DNA from: Lingula anatina
Lineage: Eukaryota; Animalia; Brachiopoda
Reading direction: 5' to 3'
NCBI GenBank assembly: GCA_051362555.1
Contig: CM120643.1
Location: forward strand, 26,044,848 to 26,108,847
Length of the DNA stretch: 64,000 nt
Part shown: one piece after another, positions 28,301 to 40,571 of the stretch
Layout: every line of letters begins with the position of its first letter
Position numbering within the stretch: the first letter of the stretch is position 1
Position numbers and translations under genes: made by a program
Notes under the pieces: model-generated
What the model saw: the letters and a program-made list of their open reading frames with translations, nothing else
Told to the model about the DNA's origin: nothing
Databases searched by the model: none

Positions 28301-29049
28301 GCCTCAGTAGCTTGATAATGTTACCACTTGATAATCAAACGATAAGTCCTGGTGGAAGAGCGTTTGACTACAACGACGTAAAAGGAAGTAAACGACGTGT
28401 TTCTTCGGTATCAGTTTCAGGTAGGTCTTTATAATAGGAACTTTGCACATCTGCTCGTTACCGATTCCACTTTCCAATAATGCATATTATCTAAGCTTTA
28501 TTAACTTTAGATAGTGATATCTTTAAGGTAAAGGCGGCGATTTATCGTCGTGAAGCATTTCACTGCAGTGGGGTTTGAATGCATTTTTGACGTTCATTCA
28601 CTGTACAAAATGTACGTGCCACTTTAATTTTTCCTTACCGAAGTTCTTGCACTGAATCAAAACTCATACCTAGATAAATGTTGGATTGTCATAAGGTGTG
28701 AATGCCGCCCTATGTCGGTATTCCTAGCCATCGAGCGTGGTCTCACATACATGTATTTCGATATAATTAACAACTGTAATACTGCGAATTGAAGACCCTA
28801 CCCGTACGTAACAGTACATAAGCCCTAAAATGAAACAGTTTTCCATTCAATCAAAGATACATCAAGACAGTCTATCAATTGCTTATCTACCCAGATTTAA
28901 AGACGGAAAGGTCAATACAACCTCCGTCTATATTTGAGATAATCTTCATGGTATTCACTCGGATTGGTACCCAATATACTCTGCACGCCATGGTACCGTG
29001 GTGAGGGTGCAGCCATGTTTTCCCAGGGCTTGATTTGATTCCCCTAGTC

Positions 29050-29095
29050 ATCCGTCCATCCATCCATCCATCCACACACACACACACACACACAC

Positions 29096-29148
<53 letters not shown>

Positions 29149-29197
29149 GGAAGGAAGGAATGGAGAAAAAAAATGCAGGAAGGAAGGAAGAAAGAAA

Positions 29198-29233
<36 letters not shown>

Positions 29234-29240
29234 AAAAAGA
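29050..29240. repeat. Compound (ATCC)n-(CA)n-(GA)n-(GGAA)n-(GAAA)n microsatellite
   Basis: Directly visible. Confidence 0.95.
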
Positions 29241-29829
29241 CAGAAACACACGCACACGTACACATACACTGTAAAAGACAGACAGTGACATATACAGGCA
29301 TTAGTTCATATGGTTAGGTAACTAGGCAGATAAATAGTGGAGGCAAGATGTAAAACTGGAAGGCACCTGGAATTTTCGAAAGGTATCTGGTACGTTGTAC
29401 AGGGCGATCAAACGATAGAGATAAGACCGGCGTGAACTTATTTAATTTGTCATTATTTTAACTCTTAATCGTCTACCTCACCCTCTGTTTTTATGTCTGA
29501 CCTGATTGTCCCCCTCGCACATTATGCCAAATCTTCGTGTTAAAGTCCCAGTAACTTAGCGATCGAAAACTATGACGTGGGCTTTGAAACGAAAAACAGA
29601 CAACAAAGCCATGACATGTCCTCCTGTCCGTCAGAAAGTATCATTTCCTCAATGACAGAGATAGATTCTGTCAAGGCAAACCTTATCCCGGATAAATCAA
29701 ATATTCTGTCACTTCACAACCAGCAACAGTTGAGTATGTTCCAATTTGACAAGCGACAGCGATCCTGTGCAAAAATGTAATATATGCCTTTAGAGTTCAG
29801 TTTTAGAGGGAGCTTAGGGAAGTTGCAGA

Positions 29830-29883
<54 letters not shown>

Positions 29884-31031
29884 CACGCGTGCACTATCCA
29901 GAACAGCTAATTATTCTCCCTTTCTCTCTCTCTCGATGGAGATATCACACCAGTTATGTGTATTAGAAGAGATATCGAGTACTGGGACCGAAATCTCATT
30001 TGTTTCCGTCATTAACAATTTTTGTATCGGCCGCTGAATGTCACTGCGTTATGCAATGCAGAAAATCAAATGTTTGAACCCCTCGTATTTACTATATATG
30101 TAATGAATTCTCATTTCGATCTTTGTTCATGATAAAATGTGATTATATGCATATTGTTTTTTTTTCAAAAACAGTTAAACATAATATCCCATGTACGTGT
30201 AAGACATCCCTTTAAATGATCCGAAGACCTCGTTTCAGCTCCAACAAAATCCTAACGGGGCATAATTAAGCTTCTTCGCAAGAATGCAAGCGTCTTGAAT
30301 ATATTGTCTGCGACCTTGCTAAGGTAACAGATGAATAGTGGCCTTAGACTTCCTATTACCTCGCTAACCTACCGCATTCATCAAAAACTCTAATCGTTTC
30401 ATCTCGCAAAGATCAAAGACCAAACCTATTCAATTTCCTATCTAATGAAAAAATGATTAACCCCCCCAAAACAAATTGGTCGGCCATTTTGTCTGTAGGG
30501 CTTGTTATCTTCGTTAATCTTAATTGGGAGTTATTCTGGCCTGCTGAGGTGAGCGCTAGTCATCATATGTAGGTGTGTGTTCTTATATACATGCAAATGT
30601 GGAGGTAGAAGGGAAACCGTGGTTTTTCAATTTCATGTACATGGTGCACTTTAATTTTGGATCTGAGTCCGTTTGAGGCGGTCTACTTGTATAACATAGC
30701 GCATGCGCAATTCATTTCTCTCAGGTTACTTCAAAAATGAATATATGTAGGTCAAAGTGAAACCTATTATCTTGAATCACGTCTCTTAACCCGATCCACG
30801 GGCTCGTATTTTTATATTACAAAGAAAGTTACAAAAAATTTGATCATCAATCATTCACAAGTAGATAGTAATATTCCACAATAGGAGGTCATCTTTGACT
30901 AACCCTCAAACTCTATGTGTAAAAAGTTGCATATCCAATTGTTTTGTAAAGATTTCCCATTCATACCTGAAAGGAAAAAAAAGAACCAACAGTTTTGCTG
31001 TCTGTTGGAACTAGCATTTTACCATTGTGTT

Positions 31032-31081
<50 letters not shown>

Positions 31082-33995
31082 ACCCTCTCTCTTCGTGAGG
31101 TATCGCTATTCTGTATTAAGACTAAATGGACTGGATAGCTCAGCGCGATCAGAATCCCCGTAGAGAGATTGATTGATTGAACACTGAACGGCATTAAAGG
31201 GAGAGAGGAAAAAAGCGAGAGTTCTTTTCTCTGGTATAAAATCTTAATTCAACGCCGTTATCTGCAGGAAAGGCGGCTGGGCCTGGCTAAAAAACTTTTC
31301 TGGATGATGAATATACCGTAGAATGTGTTAAAGAAGGAATTCTCATTACTCTTGGTGATTTAAAATCTATTCCTTCCCCGAACCGGTAGTATTTCATCGC
31401 GGCTAAGGGTACATGAGGTGCATTAGACCTTGATATAACAAAAAAAAAAGTCTGGAAACTCAAGGATTTTTTCCTAGGTCAGCACGTATAACCCGTCCAG
31501 AACCGTTGAGAATAATTGACAAAATTATAGTCTATAAACCCAAGTTAAATTGACCAGGGTCTATTTCCACTCGGCTGCGACTCGAAAATGAGAAATGCAA
31601 AACTCAAAACCAGATTTATGCATCTTTTGCGATCAGTTTTGGATTCCTGGTATAACGTGATGATTAAGAGAAAAGATTAAAAGAAAGCGTTAAATTTTCC
31701 AGGAAATGATTTGTGTTTTAAAGTTCCAACGTTCATAGTGTGCCTGTAAGTAATCTACAGCAGCCCTGCTGTCGCCTTGGCAATAAGTAGAACTACAGCT
31801 GGCGCCATCTTTGTTACATGGTATACCTTATGGTCTACCCCTACCTCTCTGGGGCTTATCTTTCAGTAAAAGTAGATCACAAAAATTGATCTTTCTGTCA
31901 GATAAACCACACAAAGAGAACATTTTGTAGGATCGCTTGACAATCGTGAATGAGAAGGTAAACATTTGAAGACATAGGGGCAATTAATGTTTTGTAGCGA
32001 AGTGAAACGAGCTTTATGGTTTCTTTGCAATATATAGCCTACCAAGCGGGAATTCCATTTGTATGGAGTATCTTTCAATTCATTAAAACAAAAAATATTT
32101 GAATTAATTTTGTTCTAGCAAAAAGACAGCCAAAGATAAGATCTCATCACGAATGGTTTTTAATTCGGAAACATGATAATGATTCTAGTCACGGCGAATT
32201 TAAAAAAATGATCTGAAACAAGTGCTTGGGAGAAACGAATAAGAGGCTTTTATTGGGATTTTATAGAAAAAGTTTAGAAATCGCGACAGAAAGTCGCTTC
32301 ATGTGTTCGATTAGTCGCCACCTTAGCATCTAAGATACTTTGGCAATTTTACATAAAATCGTTTTATCTTATTTTCGTAAAACGGCGTGTGACTCAAAAC
32401 TGACGATTTCACGAGAAAAACTGGCGATTTATACGTGTCCAAACCTTTTAACAAGCGATCCCTTGCCCTGATAATTTTAGCCTCCTTACCCTTAACATGA
32501 CTTCAAGATGGGCAGTCCTATGGATATCATATATAAAATATAGGGAAAGATACATGTATCACCCTTATATCATCTCTCACGACCATAGATCAGATATAGG
32601 GCAAATATAAGAGAAAGGATAATGGGTGATTTGTCATTCACAGCGTATTACTCTCAGGAATACGTATAAGTAATGGCAAGCCAAGGCCATACGTTATGGA
32701 ACCAGTGCTACGCAGCAAAATGAATCAAAAGAACCACAATGATTCGTTAAAATACGAGAAATGTCAAAACTAATGAGCAGAAGCATTACCATTCGACACG
32801 CAACATCGGTTTATGGTGAAAAAGTCAGGAGAGCACGCGAAACACGTCTGCGGCTTTATATTCTTGGCATTTTTTCTCTCTCTTTTTTTTTTTTTTTTGT
32901 CGTACATTTTGTCAAAATTTGTTTCTCACGGCGCTCCAAACACCTCTTTGTTTATGTAATTCACCCTAATCCCCAACCCCTTTTACACGACATAGTCCAA
33001 TCCAACAGGTGTATATTTTAATTACAATACGTTTCCGTTTGTCTCTTTTTACTGCTTGCGCCAAATGCATTGGCAACAACTGAAAATTCATTAAATGAAA
33101 AGTACTGTCATCCAAATCACGGTTTGAAGAAGACTGTCGTCTTGTAAACACACTACAGAATAAACGGAACTAATTCAAGCATCAGTAGGAACATAAACAC
33201 TAGTGGGTAGACAAGGACAAATATGGTTTGAAAAGATGTTTGAAGTAGTGTCATTAGAAAGTGCTGCAGTGCAGCAGTCCCAAACTAATCTTGTGTAAAA
33301 GATTTTTCTTTGGATTTAGATGAAACGGTAAATTTTATAACTCAAATCTTTGTGTAACTTGTACGAATGGTCTAAGTTATTGCGGAGTTTAGTGTGCTTA
33401 TTAAGGTTCAAACATTGAAAATACAATTAAGTTGTGGCAAATCATGAGTTGGGGGCACCCTATTCGCTTTGTAGACACATTTTATTCAAAGGTCCCTGAA
33501 AATGCATCCCCAGTATTCAAAAGTCTCGTCAGTTTTAAAATGTTCATAAACTCACTCTAGGCTGTGTAAGAAGTATGGTTGTTATTTCTAGGCATGTACC
33601 ATGCCTCCAAGGTACCAGCGGGCCATTCTTTGGCACCTCCATAGAACACCCGGTTCTCGAGTGTGCTTGAGGGGGGGAGATTTTGGCTATGCATACGAAA
33701 GAAGGCTCTCAAAAACTTTCCGGCTATTTTAACAGCTGTTCAAACTAAATGCTCGTACACGCACACTGGGGTGGGTTGGTTGGTGTGGGTGTGGAGCAGA
33801 TTAATTTAATATTCACCCACCCCAAAGCCTTCGTTAGAACCTTAGATCTGCCAGTTTTAAAGACATTGAAAAGTATAATAAAATCAGAGTTATTATTCTC
33901 AATTTATTCCTAGCTAGAAACACTGTATTGGAGTACAGAAACGTTAAGCTGTTGATTGGGACAATGACATTCACACTGTAGAGGGTCTTTGTCAT

Positions 33996-34616
33996 ATGCA
34001 AGGCTGACACTTGCACGACTTTTGGTCCCGATTTTGTCGTGGCAAGTCGTGCCATTTTGGGGCACGAAGTGGGAGGCTCCCGCACTGTTACCCTACTAGT
34101 TACACCTACTAGTTCACGCATAGTTTACGACGAGTTCACGACGAGCAAACGAATAGTTTACGAATGTGTGTCCACATTGACACGAACTGGCACAAGTTCA
34201 TGCATAGTTTGCGCATAGTTTACGCACTTCCCGCATTGGCACGACGAGTTTGCGCAATTCGGACGGTGTCGTGCCGACTTGGGCACGCAGTATACGTCAG
34301 CTATTCGTGAATTATTCGTGGCAGTTGGTAACAGTCGTGGCATAGCGCGAACTGCCACGCACTGTCACGCATCCTCCCGCATCGTCACGACGAGTTCACT
34401 ACGAGTTCACGAACTGTTTGTGCATAGTTCACGACCCGGTCGTTAAATTTTGTCGTGACCAAAAATTTGAACATTTCAAAATTCTCGTCCCGACATGGCA
34501 CGCAGTCACGACGGGTTTACGCACACTTCACGCCAGTTTACGACTAGTTCGCGCACTGGCACGACTCGAATCGTGCCTATGCGTGCCACAGAATCGTGCA
34601 AGTGTCAGCCTTGCAT
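33996..34616. mobile_element. Non-autonomous TIR element, about 620 bp, CpG-rich
   Basis: TIR ATGCAAGGCTGACACTTGCACGA / TCGTGCAAGTGTCAGCCTTGCAT; interior with repeated agttcacg/cacgac motifs. No clear TSD. Confidence 0.78.
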
Positions 34617-34709
34617 TAGACTTAGGTCCTCCTGTCCAACCCAGCTGGTGAAATTCTTAACTTTTTCTTTTATAACAAGCGCTAAACACCTCGTCTTCTC
34701 TCATTTCAG

Positions 34710-35144
34710 GTTGTGAAGATGCTGGTAGTGGTAGTGGCCCTGTTTGCTGCGCTGTGGCTGCCGTACCGACTCCTGGTGCTGTACAACTCATTTGTAGACA
34801 AGCATTTCCTGAACCTTTATTACATCTTGTTCTGCCGGAACATGATATTCCTCAATAGCACCATCAACCCTATCCTCTACAATGCCATGTCCATCAAGTT
34901 CAGGACAGCGTTTCGAAGGGTAATTAATTGCGGTAAGCGATCCTATCGACCTCCTTACGGGCCCCAGTGTTCCAACAGCAGCGAGCACCAAACTTTGACG
35001 TCAACAGCAGTCGTGACGTCAGCCGGCGTTGTAACTGTGTTACGTCAGCAGCGCTTACACTCTATGGATCTTAACAGCGTTGATTGCACCCCGCTACGCC
35101 ATAGTAACTTCTCCTCGCAAAACGCCGGGCGCGTAATGGTTTAG
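34710..35144 (+). CDS. TRHR: TRH-receptor-like GPCR, coding exon 2 (TM6, TM7, helix 8, C-tail)
   Basis: Acceptor tcttctctcatttcAG|GTT at 34709/34710 is in phase 0 and gives SRVQ|VVKMLVVVVALFAALWLPYR...FCRNMIFLNSTINPILYNAMSIKFRTAF (NPxxY motif). Stop TAG ends at 35144. Confidence 0.9.
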   Translation, partial: VVKMLVVVVALFAALWLPYRLLVLYNSFVDKHFLNLYYILFCRNMIFLNSTINPILYNAMSIKFRTAFRRVINCGKRSYRPPYGPQCSNSSEHQTLTSTAVVTSAGVVTVLRQQRLHSMDLNSVDCTPLRHSNFSSQNAGRVMV

Positions 35145-35662
35145 AACTGCGCAGCGGCGTGCTTATTCCAAGATTGAGCCTGCACAATAAGAGAGCTGTG
35201 TAGTATTGTCTGCGACACAGTGGCGAACAGGTTAAAAGCACACTGGCGATGAAAAGTTTGCAAAGGGACTTTTTAATGGGACTGGTGGGAACAGCAGGGG
35301 GTCGATGGAGAGCCATCAAAACTGTGTGTTAAACAATAGGAGCCCATGCATGACGTCACATTAACACAAAACGTTAGAAACTGGTCTAGCATTTTGCTTG
35401 CTTTGTGTGCGGCTATTGGTGTCATTGATTTATTTTGTCTGAGTTTTCTGAGATTCTGTCATGCTGAATGGATCCATGTCAGGATATAAACGATTGTGAT
35501 TTGTAGTTAAGATAAAAAAATGAAACTTTGGCAGTTCAGTTTCTGAGACAAATGCGTATCAAATAGAAAAGCTTTTAGTGTATTATGAGCAAGCACAAAG
35601 CGCTGCTAATGGAAGTTCTGGGACCTGTTGGAAAGAAATTTACCATGTTAGCATGATCACCC

Positions 35663-35694
<32 letters not shown>

Positions 35695-36057
35695 GTAAGA
35701 GTATCATTATTCTAGGTATTGTTACTTTTATTATTTCAGTTATTTTTGTTAATGTCATTCTCAACATTAAAAGACAATTCCATGGGATTTACTCTACAAA
35801 ATAGATTTTCCTGGGAAAATGACCAATTTTTTTGTATTCACTAATCATTTATCTATTCCTCTCTGCACCTGGATTCATTAAAGGTTCTTCATAAGCTCCG
35901 ATGAAAGTATCAACAGCAGGTACGCTCCAGAAAAATGTATTAAAAGGGCTGAACCGTTTTAAAGGTTATGTAAGGTTTTTTAAGAAGCTGTGGATGGCAA
36001 AAATAAGCTGTTGGGGAATTTTTAAACTCATGGAGTGTACCTTTGAGGAAGGAAAAG

Positions 36058-36095
<38 letters not shown>

Positions 36096-36591
36096 TGGGA
36101 GTTAGGAGGGGGAAAGAAAATATACAGTTCAATATTGTGCTTCACGCCCTGCTGCACTGTGCTGTTTAAAACACGTCTGCACATTCTAACAAATTGTAGA
36201 GGTCATTATCTTTTCATTTATTGAAAATAAATGTTCTTCTTTCATGAGAAGATCTTACATAATCGTTGAAAATATGCCATTATACAGGAAATGAAGTTAT
36301 GTTCGATGATTGAACGGCACTTCCTATTAGTTCACATCAGATTACCTACCTTGCATGAAATGTCAGTTTGTTGCGCAAGTTGTATATTGTATGTTTGATT
36401 AATAGGTTTTTCTCATTCTTGCGGTAAATAATGTGTTTGTCATATAATATGTTAACATAGCAGAGTCCCAGTAACATAAGTGCGTTTCAATTAATCAACA
36501 TGGATGACATAAAGTACTTACATGTATCACATTACTTAATAGGCATCACATTATGCAACACCTTTCTACCTAAGGATCGAATGATCAAATA

Positions 36592-37511
36592 CAGGCCTAC
36601 CCAACTACTAGACTCGGCAACTTCGGATCCAGAATAAACCGGTATATCAGACCACACTACCCGTTTTCAATGTGTGTGTCAGATCGCATTACAGAGTATC
36701 ATACCTCATCACAAATTTTGTAAGCCAACCTGTCATCCGGGTATCGCGCCTCGTTTTCGTCAAGTAGGAGTCGTATGAATACAACAACATGGATATCGGC
36801 AATCCACGGCTCATTCCGCAAGCTCCATACTATTGTCGAGTGCGGAGACATCGGAGTTGTTCCGAGTGACAACATGGCGACAGACGACTCACTGAATCTC
36901 GTCCAGAAAATATTTAACCCCCGACAGAATATGCTTCCGCTATCAAAATTAGGTCTACTTTTCTAAATGAATATATAAGTTTGCAAGTTCTTATTTACAA
37001 AACATCATTGGCTATGTTCGAACCAAAATATTATGTTAAAAATTGCGGTATTGTCAGATTTTTAACATAAACTGGGAAAATTGTAGCAGCGCATGAATCT
37101 AAATGAGATGCACTACTTTCCAACCCCGCTTTTGACCACGGTGGAAGTGAAGAACAAAAGATTCAGACGTGGTGTAACTCGCATAACCGCACGTCTCGCA
37201 TGAATGCGTTATAACCCGCTAATGGACCCGTGGTCTAAATAAGATAGATCCCTCGTCAGCGAGGGTTATGTGACATCCACTCGTGCTTCGCACTCGTGTA
37301 TGCCACATAATCCTCGCTGACTCTATCTATCTATCCGGGGTCTATCTATTACTACGATCATTGCTATCACATCGCGCACAAGGCAAAATTGGTTTGGTGG
37401 CTGATACTCTGTAATACGATCTGACACACACCTTGAAAACGGGTAGTTTGGTCTGATATACCGGTTTATTCTGGATTCTTAGGTGCCGAGTCTGGTAGTT
37501 GGTTAGGCCTG
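36592..37511. mobile_element. Non-autonomous element with ~110-bp TIRs (920 bp)
   Basis: caggcctacccaactactagactcggc...ccagaataaaccggtatatcagacca..ctacccgttttcaa mirrors ttgaaaacgggtag..tggtctgatataccggtttattctgg...gccgagtctggtagttggttaggcctg. Confidence 0.8.
37238..37350. repeat. Short palindromic element nested inside the 920-bp element
   Basis: Stem gtcagcgagggttatgtg / cacataatcctcgctgac (37255..37321) around ctcgtgcttcgcactcgtg; outer atagatccc / ggggtctat. Confidence 0.7.
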
Positions 37512-37532
37512 CTCACGATCTTGACTAATAAG

Positions 37533-37670
37533 TACCCTCTACCAGGGTCTCAGTTATTATTGTGGACCTTTTTTGCTGAATCGACATCAGACCAAAATGA
37601 CTGTCTATTTATCTAGAGACCTATCTGTGACTATCTGTGAAAAATCAATCTGTCGCCCTGGTAGAGGGTA
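37533..37670. mobile_element. Small MITE-like inverted repeat
   Basis: TACCCTCTACCAGGG / CCCTGGTAGAGGGTA; the outer TA could be a TSD. Confidence 0.65.
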
Positions 37671-38287
37671 ACTAATTAGTATTAAACCCATGATCTAGTC
37701 AACAGTGCTAGTGAACACGTTACTTGCAGTTGGGTGTTCATTGTGCGCACATTTTGAGACGGTGTGATCATCTGGAAAAAAAACACTCTCAAATACATCA
37801 AATACACAAGGCTCGCCTTCTCAGCTAGTTTAAACTGGTTTTAATCTTTAAAAAATAACATTTAGGTGGAACAGTTACCCGATGCTGCCGCCGCGTAGCA
37901 TTAGTACTCAGTCTGCGAACTTCAATAGAATGAAACGCTTGCGACCCAGGTGTCTGTGAGAGAAACGTGATATCAAATCAAATCAATACATTAACGTTAA
38001 TCAGCAAATGCTTTTTAATTTACTTCCCAAAAGGTTGCGTTTCCCACTTCCCCCAACTCTTGTGCAGGGGATATTTCGGCGAATGTGCAGTTTACTCTAT
38101 CGCCGAATTATAATAATGAAAATGTATATGTACATGTGTTTAAAAAAAAAAGATACACAGATCATATCATATCATATCGTACTCAATCTAATATGCAAGT
38201 TATAAAGGTGCAATAATATGCAACTTATTATTTTTAATGAACACAGGATATGGTAGTGGATCTGGAAATATATTGCTGAAAAGCACA

Positions 38288-38387
<100 letters not shown>

Positions 38388-40372
38388 GATTGGGTTATAA
38401 AAAACAACCTTCACATTAGTAGGACATTAAAATTACTTGGCGTTACGAGAGTTGGTAGAAAAACATATTTATGGCATCTTGTCACTTAAAAGCAAAATCC
38501 ATCATGCACGTATATTCCCCAATGCAAATGAAGAATTAAAAAAATAATATACCCCCGCCCACCCTCTCCTTACCGACATTCCCATATCCGCCTGTTGCAA
38601 AGTCAAATTTAAAGTATCACACACACTATATGATCTATAAAGACCTCAGTCCTGTTTGTTAGATGACGTGATCAATTAAGTACATCAGTTTTTGAGACGA
38701 CTGAACAATAAAATGCCACGGAAATGATAACTTACATTACACATGATTTGGCCCAAATGATTAATATTAGCTCCTTTTCCTGGCTCGGATTCAATTCAAT
38801 ATTCTCAGCTGAAATGCATTATTTTATTTGTTACTGAAAATGATGAATGACTTGGCACAGTTTCAACGTTCGTGTTCATCTGGCGTTGTGTGGCAAAGGA
38901 TCCACTTTTAGGTTTGCTTTTCATTTCATCATAGGAAAGGCGAATTATTATTTTGTATTAACGTAATCAAAAAATCGTGCATTACGAGAAGCCCCCGCCA
39001 TTCCGGCATTATCAAAACTTTGGGTGATTATGTGAAATATCTAAACAGTTTTCTAAACATCTTACCGATTTTGAGATATTATATCATTGATTAGGAAATC
39101 AGCTTCAAGGCGGGTCTTGATAAAACACCAAAATTCGAGATTGCAACTAAGATATCGTCATTTGTGGGACATTATCTGGTACCGACAGAAACTGGTTTGA
39201 AAACACATCTAGAATCGGTGGAACAAAAATAGATGGAATATGTTATAATAGGTAGATGTTTGCCTTTCAACAAAAAAAAAAAAAAAAAAAAAAAGAATAA
39301 CGCAATGAAATTCCTTGTTAACTGTGTTTTTTATGGCAATTAGTCTTTGCTCTGTATTGGTTAGGTCCTTAAGAGAGCTATCAAGACAAAGCTAATGGAT
39401 GGCGATCATCGAGGTAACAATGTTAGGAAGCGATGTTCTGTTTTTTTTTTTTTTTTTTGTTAATGGTGAATAAAGGGTCTGAACCCGCCATTTTTTTTTG
39501 AAAGATGGAACGTAGTGGGCAGAAGGGAAGGGGCGCATAAGCGTACTTCCAACTGAGAATTCTTATTTCGAACCGTATTGTGTATCCGCTAAGTAATTAT
39601 AACTAACACAACGCGATCTGTCTCAACTGTTATCAACTTCCCAGCTTTTCCTCCATGTTTTGGGCAAAGATTGAAGTATAATCTAACAATATATTTGTAT
39701 AAGTATATATTGACAGTGTGTCTTAACAGTTTGTAATTTTTTTGCTTAAAGAGAATATACATGTATTAAACTGTGTTCACTTAAATAACCGTGCACAATA
39801 AGTGTTAGACCTATATGTAGCAATTTTCTTTTTTAATTTTACCAATTTTCCCTCTCGCACCAAGCTACACCGTATACCATATGACACCAGAACCGTTCAC
39901 AAAGTAACGGCAAACAGAATTTTATTGATTTCTAAATTTTAAGTTTTTATTTTTTTTGGTGTTTGAGTCAATAACAAACAGAGCGGTCAAATTTGTTGCA
40001 CAGGTCAAGCGTAATGAAAAATTTATTACGAATTTCAGTTCCGGGAAACTAATTCCACAAATTCATCACCAGTGCATTCAATCACATATCTAAATCTTAT
40101 AAAAGTATTTTCTTTCATCTGTGCACCCAATGGCACGTGCAAATAGAAATATAGGATAAAATACACTCATCACAAGGATATCTGATGACAAATTAATGGC
40201 AGCTACTGCGGGGGTTTTTAATGACCACTAACCTACCAAACACTGATGACCTCATTAAATAATGCCACTTAGCCTTACGGGGAGATTAGTAGACATCAAT
40301 TGCTGCCGGTTGTATGTATTCATAGAGTAACACATCTTAGCTTAGGAATAACTTAATTCTCCGTGAAAATTT

Positions 40373-40571
40373 GGGCTCATTTCCAATGACACTATCGGTC
40401 TGCGAAGATCGAACCAACTCCACGGGGACTCGTGCTGAATGCAATCAGGTTTATAAATCATCACGCCTCCTCTTGTTTCCAACGTTCTCATATAAATTAA
40501 TTAGTCTGATTGCAATAACCACGGAGTTGGATCGGTCTACGTAGACCGATAGTTTTATTGGGAATGAGCTC
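40373..40571. mobile_element. Palindromic MITE (GGGCTC termini, PIF/Harbinger-like)
   Basis: gggctcatttccaatgacactatcggtct...ccaactcc / ggagttgg...agaccgatagttttattgggaatgagctc. Confidence 0.72.

Larger units (their letters stand above)
10738..34709 (+). other. 23,972-nt phase-0 GT-AG intron of the TRHR-like gene
   Basis: Canonical ends join TM1-5 to TM6-7 in frame; no other GPCR-like ORF was seen in between. Confidence 0.8.

Noticed and set aside
28887-31163. Low-complexity ORFs (SL, ER and poly-K runs)
   Set aside because: Microsatellite and poly(A) translations.
10738-34709. A second, mutually exclusive TM6-7 exon as in insect ETH receptors
   Set aside because: No second TM6/TM7 (NPxxY) ORF was seen in the intron or downstream in the ORF track; a short degenerate exon cannot be fully excluded by eye.
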